From an uncultured beta proteobacterium (lineage in GTDB: Bacteria; Pseudomonadota; Gammaproteobacteria; Burkholderiales; Gallionellaceae): a stretch of DNA of 64,000 nt. The stretch is from positions 2,051 through 66,050 of the forward strand of contig CAVWTZ010000123.1 in NCBI GenBank assembly GCA_963757485.1. Reading direction: 5' to 3'. The notes under the pieces are model-generated. The model was not told the origin of the DNA and searched no databases. It saw nothing but the letters and a program-made list of their open reading frames with translations. A program made the position numbers and the translations under genes. The stretch's first letter is position 1. Each line of letters begins with the position of its first letter. Shown piece after piece: positions 10,086 to 20,410 of this stretch.

Positions 10086-10970
10086 ATGAAGCAGTCGTGG
10101 GCGCGAGTTGTTCCGCTTGCGCTGCTGTTGTGCGGGCTGACTTCCATCGGGACGGCGCACGCCGATGTCCCGCAGGATGAAGTAAGGGTGCCGCCGCTAG
10201 TCCAGCGCGTCACCGACCTGACCGCGACGCTGGATGCACAGCAGATTCTGGCACTGGAATCCCGCCTTGCCGCATTCGAGGCGAAAAAGGGCGCGCAGCT
10301 TGCTGTGCTGATCGTGCCGAGCACGCAACCCGAGACGATCGAGCAATACAGCATCCGCGTGGTCGACGCGTGGAAGCTGGGACGCAAAAACGTGGATGAC
10401 GGCGCGCTGCTGCTGATCGCAAAGAATGACCGCAAGGTGCGCATCGAAGTCGGCTACGGCCTCGAGGACGCGCTGCCCGACGCCATCGCAAATCGCATCA
10501 TCGACGAGATCATCGTGCCGCGTTTCAGGAGCGGCGATTTTTACGCGGGCATCCAGTCCGGCCTGGAGGCGATGATGCAGGTCGTCAACGGCGAACCCCT
10601 GCCGCCACCGCCGAAACCGCGATCCTCAAGCGGCGGAACCAATAATTTCGAATCGTTGCTGTTCATCGCATTCATTCTGGTGGTTGCGGTGGGCGGCTTG
10701 TTGCGCGCGCTGTTCGGGCGTTTCCCGGCGGCTTTGCTGGTGGGCGGTGGGCTGGGATTGCTGGCCTGGCTGACCGTTGCGCCGCTGATCATCGCCGTGC
10801 TGGCCGGCGTGGTAGCGTTCATATTCGTGCTGTTGGGCGGCGGGCGCGGTTTTGGCGGCTATGGCGGTTACGGAGGAGGATTCGGTGGCGGTGGCGGTTT
10901 TGGCGGAGGCGGCGGCTTCAGCGGCGGGGGCGGGGGTTTTGGTGGCGGCGGCGCATCGGGGAGCTGGTAA
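10086..10970 (+). CDS. TPM-domain (YgcG-like) membrane protein with Gly-rich tail
   Basis: 'RIEVGYGLE..LPD', 'DDGALLLIA', C-terminal 'GGGGASGSW'; follows lemA. Confidence 0.92.
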   Translation: MKQSWARVVPLALLLCGLTSIGTAHADVPQDEVRVPPLVQRVTDLTATLDAQQILALESRLAAFEAKKGAQLAVLIVPSTQPETIEQYSIRVVDAWKLGRKNVDDGALLLIAKNDRKVRIEVGYGLEDALPDAIANRIIDEIIVPRFRSGDFYAGIQSGLEAMMQVVNGEPLPPPPKPRSSSGGTNNFESLLFIAFILVVAVGGLLRALFGRFPAALLVGGGLGLLAWLTVAPLIIAVLAGVVAFIFVLLGGGRGFGGYGGYGGGFGGGGGFGGGGGFSGGGGGFGGGGASGSW

Positions 10971-10981
10971 ATGAGGCACTC

Positions 10982-11479
10982 ATGGATTTGATACGAGTTA
11001 TGCGACATCTCTCGATGGGCCGTGCGGCGGTCCGGCGCGTGTTCCCGCCGCACGTACTGAAAGCGATCGAGCAGGCGATCCGCGCAACCGAACAGCGGCA
11101 CGCCGGACAGATCCGTTTTGCGGTTGAGGCCTCGCTGGAGCTGGCGCCGCTGCTGGCCGGACAGACCGCCCAGCAGCGCGCGATCGAGGTATTTTCCAGA
11201 TTGCGCGTCTGGGATACCGAACACAACAACGGCGTGCTGATCTATCTGTTGCTGGCGGACCGAGATGTCGAGATCATTGCCGACCGCGGCATCCATGTCA
11301 GGCTCGGCCAGGAAGTCTGGGAAGGGATCTGCCGCGAGATGGAAGCGGAATTCCGCGCAGGAAATTTCGAAACGGGCGTGCTTGCCGGAATACATGCGGT
11401 GGGCGAACACCTGTCGCGCCATTTCCCGGCACATGGCGGCAAATGCAACGAGATGCCGGATCACCCGGTGGTACTGTAA
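10982..11479 (+). CDS. TPM-domain protein
   Basis: 'VWDTEHNNGVLIYLLLADRDVEIIADRGI'; standard third gene of the lemA operon. Confidence 0.9.
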   Translation: MDLIRVMRHLSMGRAAVRRVFPPHVLKAIEQAIRATEQRHAGQIRFAVEASLELAPLLAGQTAQQRAIEVFSRLRVWDTEHNNGVLIYLLLADRDVEIIADRGIHVRLGQEVWEGICREMEAEFRAGNFETGVLAGIHAVGEHLSRHFPAHGGKCNEMPDHPVVL

Positions 11480-11498
11480 GGCAACGATACGCGCGGTT

Positions 11499-12518
11499 AT
11501 GCGCCCGACTTTTCATCCTCATCTGGTAAACGGCTCGACCGGAGACCCGGTACTGTTCGTTGACTGCCTGTTCGAGCATCGCGCGCTGCTGTTCGATCTG
11601 GGCGACATCCGGGCGCTTCCGCCGCGCAAGCTGTTGCGCATCAGCCATGTGTTCGTCACCCATGCCCACATGGATCACTTCATCGGTTTCGATTGGCTGC
11701 TGCGCATACTGCTCGGACGGGAAAAAGACCTGCAGCTGTTCGGCCCGCCCCGCTTTCTCGATCAGGTGGAGCACAAGCTGCGCGCCTACACCTGGAATCT
11801 GGTGCACAACTATCTGTCCGACTTTACGCTGCGCGTTACCGAAGTGGATGGCAACGGGGCAGGACGGTACGCCAGTTTCCGCTGCCACAACACGTTCCGC
11901 CGCGAAGACGAAACCGGCGTGAACTTTCCTGACAATATATTGCTGAACGAACCGGCGATGCAGGTGAAATGCGCGTTGCTCGATCACGGCGGCATCCCGT
12001 GCATGGCCTATGCATTGCAGGAACAGGCACACGTCAATATCTGGAAAAACCGTTTGCAGGAACTCGGCCTGCCGGTGGGCGCGTGGCTGCGCGAGATGAA
12101 GCAGGCGGTGCTGCGCAACGAACCCGAACAGTGGCAGATACGCGTGGCGTGGCGCGAGGATGATGCGCAACGCGAGCGGCTGGTGTCGCTGGCGGAACTG
12201 AAATCCGCGCTGCGCATCGTGCCCGGCCAGAAGATCGCCTATGTCACCGATGTCGCCTGGCACCAGGCCAACAAGCAGCGCATAGTCGAACTGGCGCGCG
12301 GTGCCGATTTGCTGTACATCGAAGCGGTGTTCATGGAACGCGATGCCGAACACGGACAGCGCAAGTTTCATCTGACCGCGCGCCAGGCTGGCGAGATCGC
12401 GCGCGCGGCGAATGCCGCCAGCGTCATCGCTATGCATTTCTCGCCGCGCTATCAGGGTGAAGACCGGACATTGCTGCGTGCCGAAGTTGCGACGGTATTT
12501 GGCGCCAGGGTTCTGTAA
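11499..12518 (+). CDS. Ribonuclease Z-like metallo-beta-lactamase
   Basis: 'LVNGSTGDP', 'THAHMDHF', 'IAYVTD', 'HLTARQAG', 'HFSPRY'. Confidence 0.85.
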   Translation: MRPTFHPHLVNGSTGDPVLFVDCLFEHRALLFDLGDIRALPPRKLLRISHVFVTHAHMDHFIGFDWLLRILLGREKDLQLFGPPRFLDQVEHKLRAYTWNLVHNYLSDFTLRVTEVDGNGAGRYASFRCHNTFRREDETGVNFPDNILLNEPAMQVKCALLDHGGIPCMAYALQEQAHVNIWKNRLQELGLPVGAWLREMKQAVLRNEPEQWQIRVAWREDDAQRERLVSLAELKSALRIVPGQKIAYVTDVAWHQANKQRIVELARGADLLYIEAVFMERDAEHGQRKFHLTARQAGEIARAANAASVIAMHFSPRYQGEDRTLLRAEVATVFGARVL

Positions 12519-12744
12519 TTTTATATCGCAGTTGCAAAGCGTATTATTTATATCGACCATCAGGCACAATGGACAAATTGATGAAGATGCAAAGCTGCGA
12601 TCAGCGCTTTCCGGCAAGCTGTTGCCCGGATTGAATGACGGCTCTTGCAAAGTCCGGATACTTGCCGGCCCGGACTCATCAGGCGTTGTGTAAGCATGAA
12701 TATCATCCTGGAATCGAAGCAACCGTGGATTGGAATGAAGAGCC

Positions 12745-14933
12745 GTGAAACTGCCTAAACCCGAAGCGGGGGATTTCTGGGGCGGCCTTGCCGCGATGCT
12801 GGTCGCTTTGCCATCGGCCATCGCCTTCGGCGTGACCATCTATTCGCCGCTGGGCTCGTCCTATGTGGCGCAGGGTGCGCTGGCCGGCATCCTCGGCACC
12901 ATTGCGCTCGGCATGGTCGCTCCGGCGATGGGCGGCACCAACCGGCTCATCACCGCCCCGTGCGCGCCGGCGGCAGCCGTGGTGTCGGCCTTCGCCATCG
13001 AGTTCATGCAGGGGGCGGCAGTCCCGGCGCCGCCCTGCTGCTGATCTCGCTGCTCGGCCTGCTGGCGGGACTGTTGCAGATATTGTTCGGCACCGTGCGG
13101 CTCGGGCAGCTGATCAAGTACATGCCCTATCCTGTGGTCAGCGGCTACCTGTCCGGCGTCGGCCTGATCATCATCGGCAGCCAGGTGCCCATTTTCCTCG
13201 GCACCCCCAAGGGCACCAATATCTGGGCATCGCTTGCGTCTCCGGAATTATGGAAATGGCAAAGCCTGATTGTCGGCGCGGTGACGATAGCCGTGATGCT
13301 CGTGGCGCCGAAGTTCATCACGCCTCGTGCCGGCAGCGATACTCGCGCTGCTGGCAGGCATGGGGGCCTATTTTGCATGCGGACTGCTGGACCCGTCGCT
13401 GCTCACTCTTGCGGGCAACCGCTTCGTCGTCGGCGAACTCGGTAGCGGCGGCGGCATCGTCGATATCATGTTGGCGCGTATCCATGCCGCTGGCGACATC
13501 GGCCTGACCAGCTCGAGTACATTGCCGTACCCGCGCTGACGCTGGCCGTGCTGCTCTCCATCGATACGCTGAAGACCTGCATGGTGCTCGATGCATTGAC
13601 GCGCTCGCGCCACGACTCCAACCGTGAGCTGATCGGGCAGGGATTGGGCAACGTGACCTCCGCGATCTGCGGCGGCATGCCCGGCGCCGGCCAGATGGGC
13701 GCCACACTGGTGAACATGTCCAGCGGCGCGATGGCCCGCGTCTCGGGCATCATCGAGGGTGTGCTGTCGCTGGCTGCGTTCCTGGTATTGGGCACGTTGA
13801 TCTCCTGGGTGCCGGTGGCGGGACTGGCCGCGATTCTGATCGTGGTGGGTGTGCGCATGATCGACCGTCACAGCTTCCAGCTGCTCAGGCAGCGCTCCAC
13901 CATACTCGATTTCGCCGTGATCGCCGCAGTAGTTGCCGTGGCACTGACGGTCAGCCTGATTGCGGCCTCGGGAACCGGCATCGTGCTGGCGGTGTTTCTG
14001 TTTATCCGCGAACAGATCGGCGGCACCGTGGTGCGCCGCAAACTTTCCTGCAAGGAAACATTTTCGAAACGGGTGCGCACCAAGGAAGAAATGGAAATCC
14101 TGCTGGCGTGCGGCGAGCGCGGTGTCGTGGTCGAACTGCAGGGCAGCCTGTTTTTCGGAACCACCAACCAGCTCTATTCGGCGCTGGAACCGGAACTGAA
14201 AACCCGCGACTACCTGATCCTCGACATGCGCCGCGTGCAATCCGTTGACGTCACCGCCGCCCATATGCTCGATCAGGTCAAGGATATGCTCGCCGAGCGC
14301 AACGGCTTTCTCGTTCTCAGCCAGTTGCCGCGGAACCTTCCGTCAGGCCGGGACATGCAGGAGTATTTCGATCAGGTTGGCCTGGTGCGCCCGGAAAATC
14401 CGGTGCGGGTGTTCGGCGAACTCGACGAGGCGCTGGAATGGGTCGAGGATCGTATTCTCAAGGATGCGATCTGCGAGTTGGGCGAGCCAAAGGCGCTTGA
14501 CCTCGATGAGCTTGAATTAATCAAGGGACGCAAGGCGGAAACGCTGGCCGCGCTGGAGCAGTGCATGGAAAAGCGCACCTGCAAGGCCGGCGACAAAATT
14601 TTCAGGCGCGGCGATGCCGGCGACGAACTGTTCCTGATACGCAAGGGAGCGGTGCGCATCATGCTGCCGATTTCCGAGAAGCAGAGCCATCACCTCGGGA
14701 CCTTCGGGCGCGGCGCGTTCTTCGGCGAAATGGCTTTTCTCGACGGTGACGTGCGGTCCGCCGATGCGGTGGCGTTTACCGATACCGAACTTTACGTGCT
14801 TTCGCGCAAGGCTTTCGACGCGCTGGCCGAAGAACACAAGAAACTTGCCGTGGCATTCATGGCAGGCCTGGCCAGCGTGCTGTCGAGCCGCTTGCGCTAC
14901 ACGAATGCGGAGTTGCGGGTACTGGAGACTTGA
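12745..14933 (+). pseudogene. SulP/SLC26 anion transporter with STAS and cNMP-binding domains, split by about three frameshifts (pseudogene or sequence error)
   Basis: SulP motifs spread over ORFs 12745-13044, 12960-13445, 13327-13539 and 13548-14933 ('KYMPYPVVSGY', 'NRELIGQGLGN', 'LQGSLFFG', 'FFGEMAFL...RSADA'). Confidence 0.85.
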
Positions 14934-14996
14934 ATTTATATATTCCAAGTATTTGTTATTTCTTGACGTCGAGGCCAGACATGGGAGTTTCCGGGA

Positions 14997-15119
14997 ATGA
15001 AAATTTACTTTGAGCGAATCTTGTTGTTTTTGGTCTTGTTGCTGGTTGCCGTATCGTTATGCGGTTGCTGCTACCTTGCGGGGCACGACAGGATGAAATG
15101 CACGATAACGACTCCCTGA
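14997..15119 (+). CDS. Possible 40-aa small lipoprotein
   Basis: Manual translation MKIYFERILLFLVLLLVAVSLCGCCYLAGHDRMKCTITTP; hydrophobic signal plus lipobox-like LCGC. Confidence 0.4.
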   Translation: MKIYFERILLFLVLLLVAVSLCGCCYLAGHDRMKCTITTP

Positions 15120-15244
15120 AAAGGAAACTTCACCGGCTGCTTCCTGAGTCGGGGTCGATTCAGGTAACGTGAGCTTGAACAGATTATTCAGGTACATTTG
15201 CGTATATTGTTGAGTCCACTCGCGTCACAATAAGGCGGCAAAAA

Positions 15245-16489
15245 ATGAGCAATCAGCGCGTTCAGAGTCCCGTGGAAATCATTAATGAAATCATCGGCAC
15301 CAACGCCGGCCGCGATCCGGAACGCCTGGCAATGAAATACGCCAAGATGGCGCAGAGTCCATTCATATTCCTGCGCGGTGCCTGCCATCTGTTCTACGAA
15401 GCTCTGCCCGACTCACCCCTGTTCCGGGACGCCCCTCTGGCTTGGTGCTGCGGCGACCTGCATTTCGAGAATTATGGAAGCTACAAGGGTGACAACAGAC
15501 TGGTCTATTTTGACATAAACGACTACGACGAGGCTGCTCTTGCCCCCGTTACATGGGACATCATTCGCCTGCTGACCAGCATCCAGTGCGGGGCTGAGGC
15601 CCTCAACGCTACACACGCCGAAGCCTTGGCCGTCACTCAAACATGTGTGGACGCATACTGCAACGCTCTCATTGGCGGCAAGCCTTTTTGGGTGGAACGG
15701 GAAACGTCCAGCGGCTTGGTGAATGCACTGTTGACCGCCTTGCAGGAAAGGGACCGTTCCGCCTTCCTCGACAAACGCACGATCCGTAAAGGCCGTCGCC
15801 GCAGTTTGATACTGGACGGGGTGAAGGCATTGCCAGCATCGGATGCCCAGAAGCAGCTGGTTACTGGGTTCATGGATGAGTATGCGTCAATCCAGTCGAG
15901 TCCGAAATTCTTTGAAGTCCTCGACATCGGTCGCCGCATCGCAGGAACCGGCAGTCTCGGTGTGGAGCGATTCGTGGTGCTGGTGGAGGGCAAGGGTTCG
16001 CCGGACGGCAACTATCTGCTCGACATCAAGGAAGCCAAACCGTCCGCGTTGGCGCCGCACTTGGCACGACTTGGCATCAAACAGCCGACGTGGCTGGACG
16101 AGGCAAGCCGGGTGGTATCTGTCCAGAACCGGATGCAAGCGGTAGACCACGCCTTTCTTCAGCCGGTGAAACTCGACGGACTTCCCTGTATTCTGAGAGG
16201 GTTGCAACCCTCGGAAGATCGGATGGCCATCGGAGAATGGGGCAAGAAGCTGGACCGGCTCAAAGAAGTTGTGACCATCATGGGGCGCATCCTGGCCTGG
16301 GATCAATTGCGCGCTTCGGGACGGTCTCGAGCAGCCAACGCCGATGAGCTTATTTCATTCGCAAAGAATGACGACTGGGTGAAGGAAATGTCGGATGTTG
16401 CGGCTAACATGACGCTGACTACTCGACTGCAGTGGAAAATATTCACGGACGCATTAAAAAGCCAACAATTGGCAAAACCTGCTCCATGA
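15245..16489 (+). CDS. DUF2252 family kinase-like protein
   Basis: 'SPFIFLRG', 'CGDLHFENYG', 'FDINDYDE', 'GTGSLGVERF', 'DIKEA'. Confidence 0.9.
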   Translation: MSNQRVQSPVEIINEIIGTNAGRDPERLAMKYAKMAQSPFIFLRGACHLFYEALPDSPLFRDAPLAWCCGDLHFENYGSYKGDNRLVYFDINDYDEAALAPVTWDIIRLLTSIQCGAEALNATHAEALAVTQTCVDAYCNALIGGKPFWVERETSSGLVNALLTALQERDRSAFLDKRTIRKGRRRSLILDGVKALPASDAQKQLVTGFMDEYASIQSSPKFFEVLDIGRRIAGTGSLGVERFVVLVEGKGSPDGNYLLDIKEAKPSALAPHLARLGIKQPTWLDEASRVVSVQNRMQAVDHAFLQPVKLDGLPCILRGLQPSEDRMAIGEWGKKLDRLKEVVTIMGRILAWDQLRASGRSRAANADELISFAKNDDWVKEMSDVAANMTLTTRLQWKIFTDALKSQQLAKPAP

Positions 16490-16638
16490 CAATAAGTTTT
16501 GACCGTAGCAGAAATCGAATATAAATTGATCCGCACCCGGGTTTTGCATGCGCACTTTCAGGATGGCAATTATCCTGTGCAGGTTATCAGACCTGCACTT
16601 AATGGCAGAAACGAATTCTCTCTTGGCGAATCGGAGGC

Positions 16639-17430
16639 TTGATGAATAACGAAATACCAAAATATCCGAAGCTATTGGCGCTCGAGAAGAAACTCGAATA
16701 CCCGATGCTGTTCCTTAGTTTCATCTGGCTCTGCATACTCATTATCGAGCTTGTCTACGGCACGAATGCACTACTGTCAAATTTGGGTACGGGCATATGG
16801 ACTTTGTTCATCTTTTATTTCGCCATGCGCCTGGTTACCGTTTCAAACCGGATGACCTTTCTCAAAAAACATTGGATCTTTGTTTTGGCGATTCTCGTCT
16901 CTGTACTGCGATTTTTCCCCTATTTGCAGCCGTTTACGCTGGTGCGTGCATTGACCGCAACTTTCGGCATGCAGGTGATCTGGATTTTCGTTTCAGCGGA
17001 CCAGGGACTGCGCTCCCTGCGTCGCGCGCTTGGACGCCGTGGAGCCGGTTACGCACTCGCATTAACCTTTGTGGTGGTCTTCTCTGGTGCAGCAGGCATG
17101 TTCCATTTCGAGGGCATCTCTGATGATCCACAAGCTATCCATAGTTATCCAAAAGCGCTTTGGTGGACGGCTATGCAGATGACGAACATTGGCACCTCAT
17201 ATTCAATAAGGACAGCGGGTGGCCGCATAATTTGCCTGGGCATATCGGTTTACGCGGCAGCGATGTTTGGTTATCTCACGGCTCTGATCGCAACCTTGCT
17301 TATCGATCGCGACAGCAAGGATCAAAAAGCGGAAATTGCCAGCCAGACCTCGTTCAAAGAAATCCAGGAAGAAATTATTCAATTGCGCCGTCTAATCGAG
17401 GAAACCCTACCTCTGCATCGCGAAAGATAG
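16639..17430 (+). CDS. Ion transporter / K+-channel-like membrane protein
   Basis: Several TM helices, pore helix 'ALWWTAMQMTNIG', 'TAGGR', 'FGYLTA', C-terminal coiled coil. Confidence 0.8.
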   Translation: MMNNEIPKYPKLLALEKKLEYPMLFLSFIWLCILIIELVYGTNALLSNLGTGIWTLFIFYFAMRLVTVSNRMTFLKKHWIFVLAILVSVLRFFPYLQPFTLVRALTATFGMQVIWIFVSADQGLRSLRRALGRRGAGYALALTFVVVFSGAAGMFHFEGISDDPQAIHSYPKALWWTAMQMTNIGTSYSIRTAGGRIICLGISVYAAAMFGYLTALIATLLIDRDSKDQKAEIASQTSFKEIQEEIIQLRRLIEETLPLHRER

Positions 17431-17830
17431 TCCGCAACAGGGGCGGACGAGAGGTCTTGGTGCGGTATTGGAACCATTTGTCATCTATGCGTAACAGTGG
17501 CAATGAATAATCGCCGGTGCAAATAGGTTTGCGCGGCTTGTTAAACCATGACCCGAGACATATCCAATCCGAAATCATTTCCTCGTATGGGCAAGCGAAT
17601 CATGCCGCTTTGGGGTACCGTCGATTTGCAGAATGATCTCAGCAATGAAGTGCATTTCGGGTGAACTCTGTCCATGTACATCGGAACTGCATGAACCGGG
17701 GCAAGCAGTTTCATTCTTCCGTCTGGATCAATTGGCTGGATATGGAATATCGGCCAATACCTGACGGCTGTCAGGCACGTGCTGCTCAAGCAAACTAGTC
17801 CGTAGTCCCATGCATATTGGCTGAAATCCG

Positions 17831-18451
17831 ATGGAGCACGGTGAAAAATTCAACACCTATACCCATCTGGTCGGATCATTGCTCGCCCTGGCGGGCAGCG
17901 CTGTTCTTATTGTTCTCGGCGCACTCAGCCATGATGTATGGAAAATCGTCGGCTTTTCAATCTATGGGGCCTCGCTGGTGCTGATGTATGGCTCTTCCAC
18001 GCTGTACCATAATGCCAGGCAGGGCAAGGCCAAATATTTCCTGCGTATGCTCGATCACAATTCCATCTACCTGCTGATTGCCGGCACCTACACACCCTTC
18101 GTTCTTGTCGGCTTGCGTGGACCGTTGGGATGGTCGCTGTTCGGCATGATATGGGGGCTGGCCCTGGTCGGAATAATCCAGGAAATATGGCTGGTCAAGA
18201 AGACACGAGTCACTTCGCTGGTGATATATATCCTCATGGGCTGGATCGCAGTGCTCGCCATCGTGCCACTTGCGGGAGCCCTGTCCTGGACAGGGCTTGC
18301 ATGGCTCGTTGCAGGTGGCTTGGCCTATACCATCGGTACCTACTTTTATCTGCATGACCAGAGATTCGCTTGCTGGCATGGCATATGGCACCTTTTTGTA
18401 TTGGCCGGAAGCACCCTGCATTATTTTTCCATCTTGATCTGTTTGGCGTGA
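17831..18451 (+). CDS. Hemolysin III / PAQR family membrane protein
   Basis: 'NTYTH', 'STLYH', 'LDHNSIYLLIAGTYTP', 'HGIWHLFVLAG'. Confidence 0.95.
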   Translation: MEHGEKFNTYTHLVGSLLALAGSAVLIVLGALSHDVWKIVGFSIYGASLVLMYGSSTLYHNARQGKAKYFLRMLDHNSIYLLIAGTYTPFVLVGLRGPLGWSLFGMIWGLALVGIIQEIWLVKKTRVTSLVIYILMGWIAVLAIVPLAGALSWTGLAWLVAGGLAYTIGTYFYLHDQRFACWHGIWHLFVLAGSTLHYFSILICLA

Positions 18452-18649
18452 TAAATATTCACCCCAGGTCATTAGATTCCAACATGCTTATGGGCAGTGC
18501 AATACGCGCATTGATGCATATTGCACTGGTAATTGATTTGCCTGGAAGCATATGCTTCAATGCTGGCAGCAATCTCAAGCAGCGGTTGAATCCGGTCCGG
18601 TACAACAGCCAAGGCAAAAGTTTCAATAATTAGTGGGAGGAAATCGATA

Positions 18650-19018
18650 ATGTCGAAAACAAAAAAGCCGGATTATTTGGCCAAGGTCAAGCAGTTGACC
18701 AGGGAAGAAACCGAACGCTTGTTATCCAGGATGGGCGGCAAACTGGATCGCCGACTGGAGAAGAACAAGATAAGCCAGGAAGAAGCGTTGGCTATGCAAC
18801 TGGAGCGGGAAGATGAACAACTCCAGGAATGGCGCAAAGTGATGCTTGCTTTGAAGGCAAAGGAAGAAGCCAAGAAATCGGCAAAGGCCAAGACCCCGGC
18901 AAAGAAAAAATCCCCTGCCAGCGTCAAAGTCATATCCAAGGTAAAAACCACCGCAAAGACCAAAACCCCGGCAAAGGCAAAGTCCTCAGCAAAGACCATG
19001 CTGGCTAAAAAAGCCTAG
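18650..19018 (+). CDS. Hypothetical protein with Lys/Ala-rich (histone H1-like) C-terminal tail
   Basis: RBS GGAGG; helical N-terminus followed by 'AKAKTPAKKK' repeats. Confidence 0.75.
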   Translation: MSKTKKPDYLAKVKQLTREETERLLSRMGGKLDRRLEKNKISQEEALAMQLEREDEQLQEWRKVMLALKAKEEAKKSAKAKTPAKKKSPASVKVISKVKTTAKTKTPAKAKSSAKTMLAKKA

Positions 19019-19091
19019 GTCGTGCTGGGTAAGCAGCAGGTGTCCGCCCCTTGCGAGGCATCGCCGACAATTCAAGCGTCGGTAAGCAGAT

Positions 19092-19120
19092 AAAAAAATC
19101 CCCAGGTCCAGACCTGGGGA
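19092..19120 (-). terminator. Intrinsic terminator hairpin for a minus-strand transcript
   Basis: TCCCCAGG/CCTGGGGA stem next to an A7 tract on the + strand (U7 on the - strand). Confidence 0.7.
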
Positions 19121-19313
19121 AAGAACGTAGTTCCAACGGAGAGTTAGAACACCTGCTCAAGGGAGGGGTGAGAAGGCGTTAACATTTGCTTGTTACGCTA
19201 CGTAAGCCGATTGTCCAATAGTGGTGTTACAAATAGATTAAACGTGCCGCATATTCATCTTGGTGCAACAAGCATTTGCTAATTTGAAAGCTTTTCGGAA
19301 AGGATGGAACATC

Positions 19314-19529
19314 ATGAGTCAGGAACTGCCACCGTTTTATGGGGAACTTGTAATCACCCCGCCCAATGAAAATCAATCCGGTATTCAGGATGAAGTTAAT
19401 GCCATGAAAGAGCAGACTCGGCTAATGACAGAAGAGGCCGCTTATTACCTGGCGGAAAAAAGAGGATTTGCGCCTGGCCATGAGCTGGAGGATTGGCTTC
19501 GGGCTGAAGCACAAGTCAAGAAACTATAA
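19314..19529 (+). CDS. DUF2934 family protein
   Basis: 'EAAYYLAEKRGFAPGHELEDWLRAEA'. Confidence 0.9.
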   Translation: MSQELPPFYGELVITPPNENQSGIQDEVNAMKEQTRLMTEEAAYYLAEKRGFAPGHELEDWLRAEAQVKKL

Positions 19530-19743
19530 TTGTTCCCTATACTACGACCAGCACCCCCACCACAAAAATAGCCCGCAATCAAACCCCTGACCCAGGCAGG
19601 TGTGCCAGCACGTGTTGGGATCGACTTGTCGGGGGTGCTGTTGGAAGTTGTTCTGCAACGCTGACCTGTTCCTGGGCTGACCCAGTTTCAGTACCGGTCA
19701 GAAGTGGAAATTTCCGGATAGACACTCTCTGTTTTGAATAGCT

Positions 19744-20352
19744 TTAAAACCAGCTGTCCGCCTTTTTGTCCAGTTCCTCCTTGCACTGCTTCAACTGGGC
19801 ATCATAGGCAGCGGATTTATTCCGGACCTGGTTTGCCACCTGCTTCAGCCCAGCCTTGTTCTTCCAGCTGCCGCTCTTATAACCTCCTTGGCCTTCATGA
19901 TAGGCGAGGTATTGGTGGTAGGCATCCCACTTGGAGATGCCGAGGGTGCGCTGCGTCGTGTTGGTATACCAGCCGACAAAGTTGATCGCATCGGCAAAAT
20001 CATCGCGAGCATGGCCGCTGTTGCCCGTTTCCTTCATATACTTGTCCCAAACCGGATCCTGCGCCTGGGCGTAACCATAAGCGGACGAGCGGCGCGGCAG
20101 CGGGATAAAAAGAAACCAGTCCCGATCCGGTTGCGCATCGCTGACGAAACGCGACTCCTGGTCGATGATCGCCATCATTACCCAGACCGGCGTCCCCCAG
20201 CGTTTATTGGCATCGCGGGCAGACTTGTACCAATCGGTATCACCGCGGAAGATGGAACAGATATTGCCGGTCCGCGCAGGCTGGTAAGTCGCACAGCCGG
20301 AGACCAACAACATGGCCATCACGGCAAGGCAGGGGCGGGGCTTTGCAATCAT
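19744..20352 (-). CDS. Lytic transglycosylase-like (SLT) lipoprotein
   Basis: Lipobox 'VSGC'; 'MAIIDQESRF', 'SSAYGYAQA', 'YLAYHEG'. Confidence 0.88.
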   Translation of the reverse strand: MIAKPRPCLAVMAMLLVSGCATYQPARTGNICSIFRGDTDWYKSARDANKRWGTPVWVMMAIIDQESRFVSDAQPDRDWFLFIPLPRRSSAYGYAQAQDPVWDKYMKETGNSGHARDDFADAINFVGWYTNTTQRTLGISKWDAYHQYLAYHEGQGGYKSGSWKNKAGLKQVANQVRNKSAAYDAQLKQCKEELDKKADSWF

Positions 20353-20410
20353 GTCTCCATTATCCGCAAATCGGCGCAGCGATCAACGTGCAATTACTGC
20401 GATCGAGGCA

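Noticed and set aside
10840-10960. GGC-rich tandem repeat
   Set aside because: It encodes the normal Gly-rich tail of TPM/YgcG proteins.
13000-13550. Frameshift cluster in sulP as programmed recoding
   Set aside because: Several indels in ~500 bp with otherwise intact coding sequence. The same pattern in rtcB and capA points to local sequence-quality problems or decay, and needs raw reads to resolve.
19549-19640. 10-bp inverted repeat CAGCACCCCC/GGGGGTGCTG
   Set aside because: Single copy with no TSD or family evident; possibly an IS scar but unsupported.
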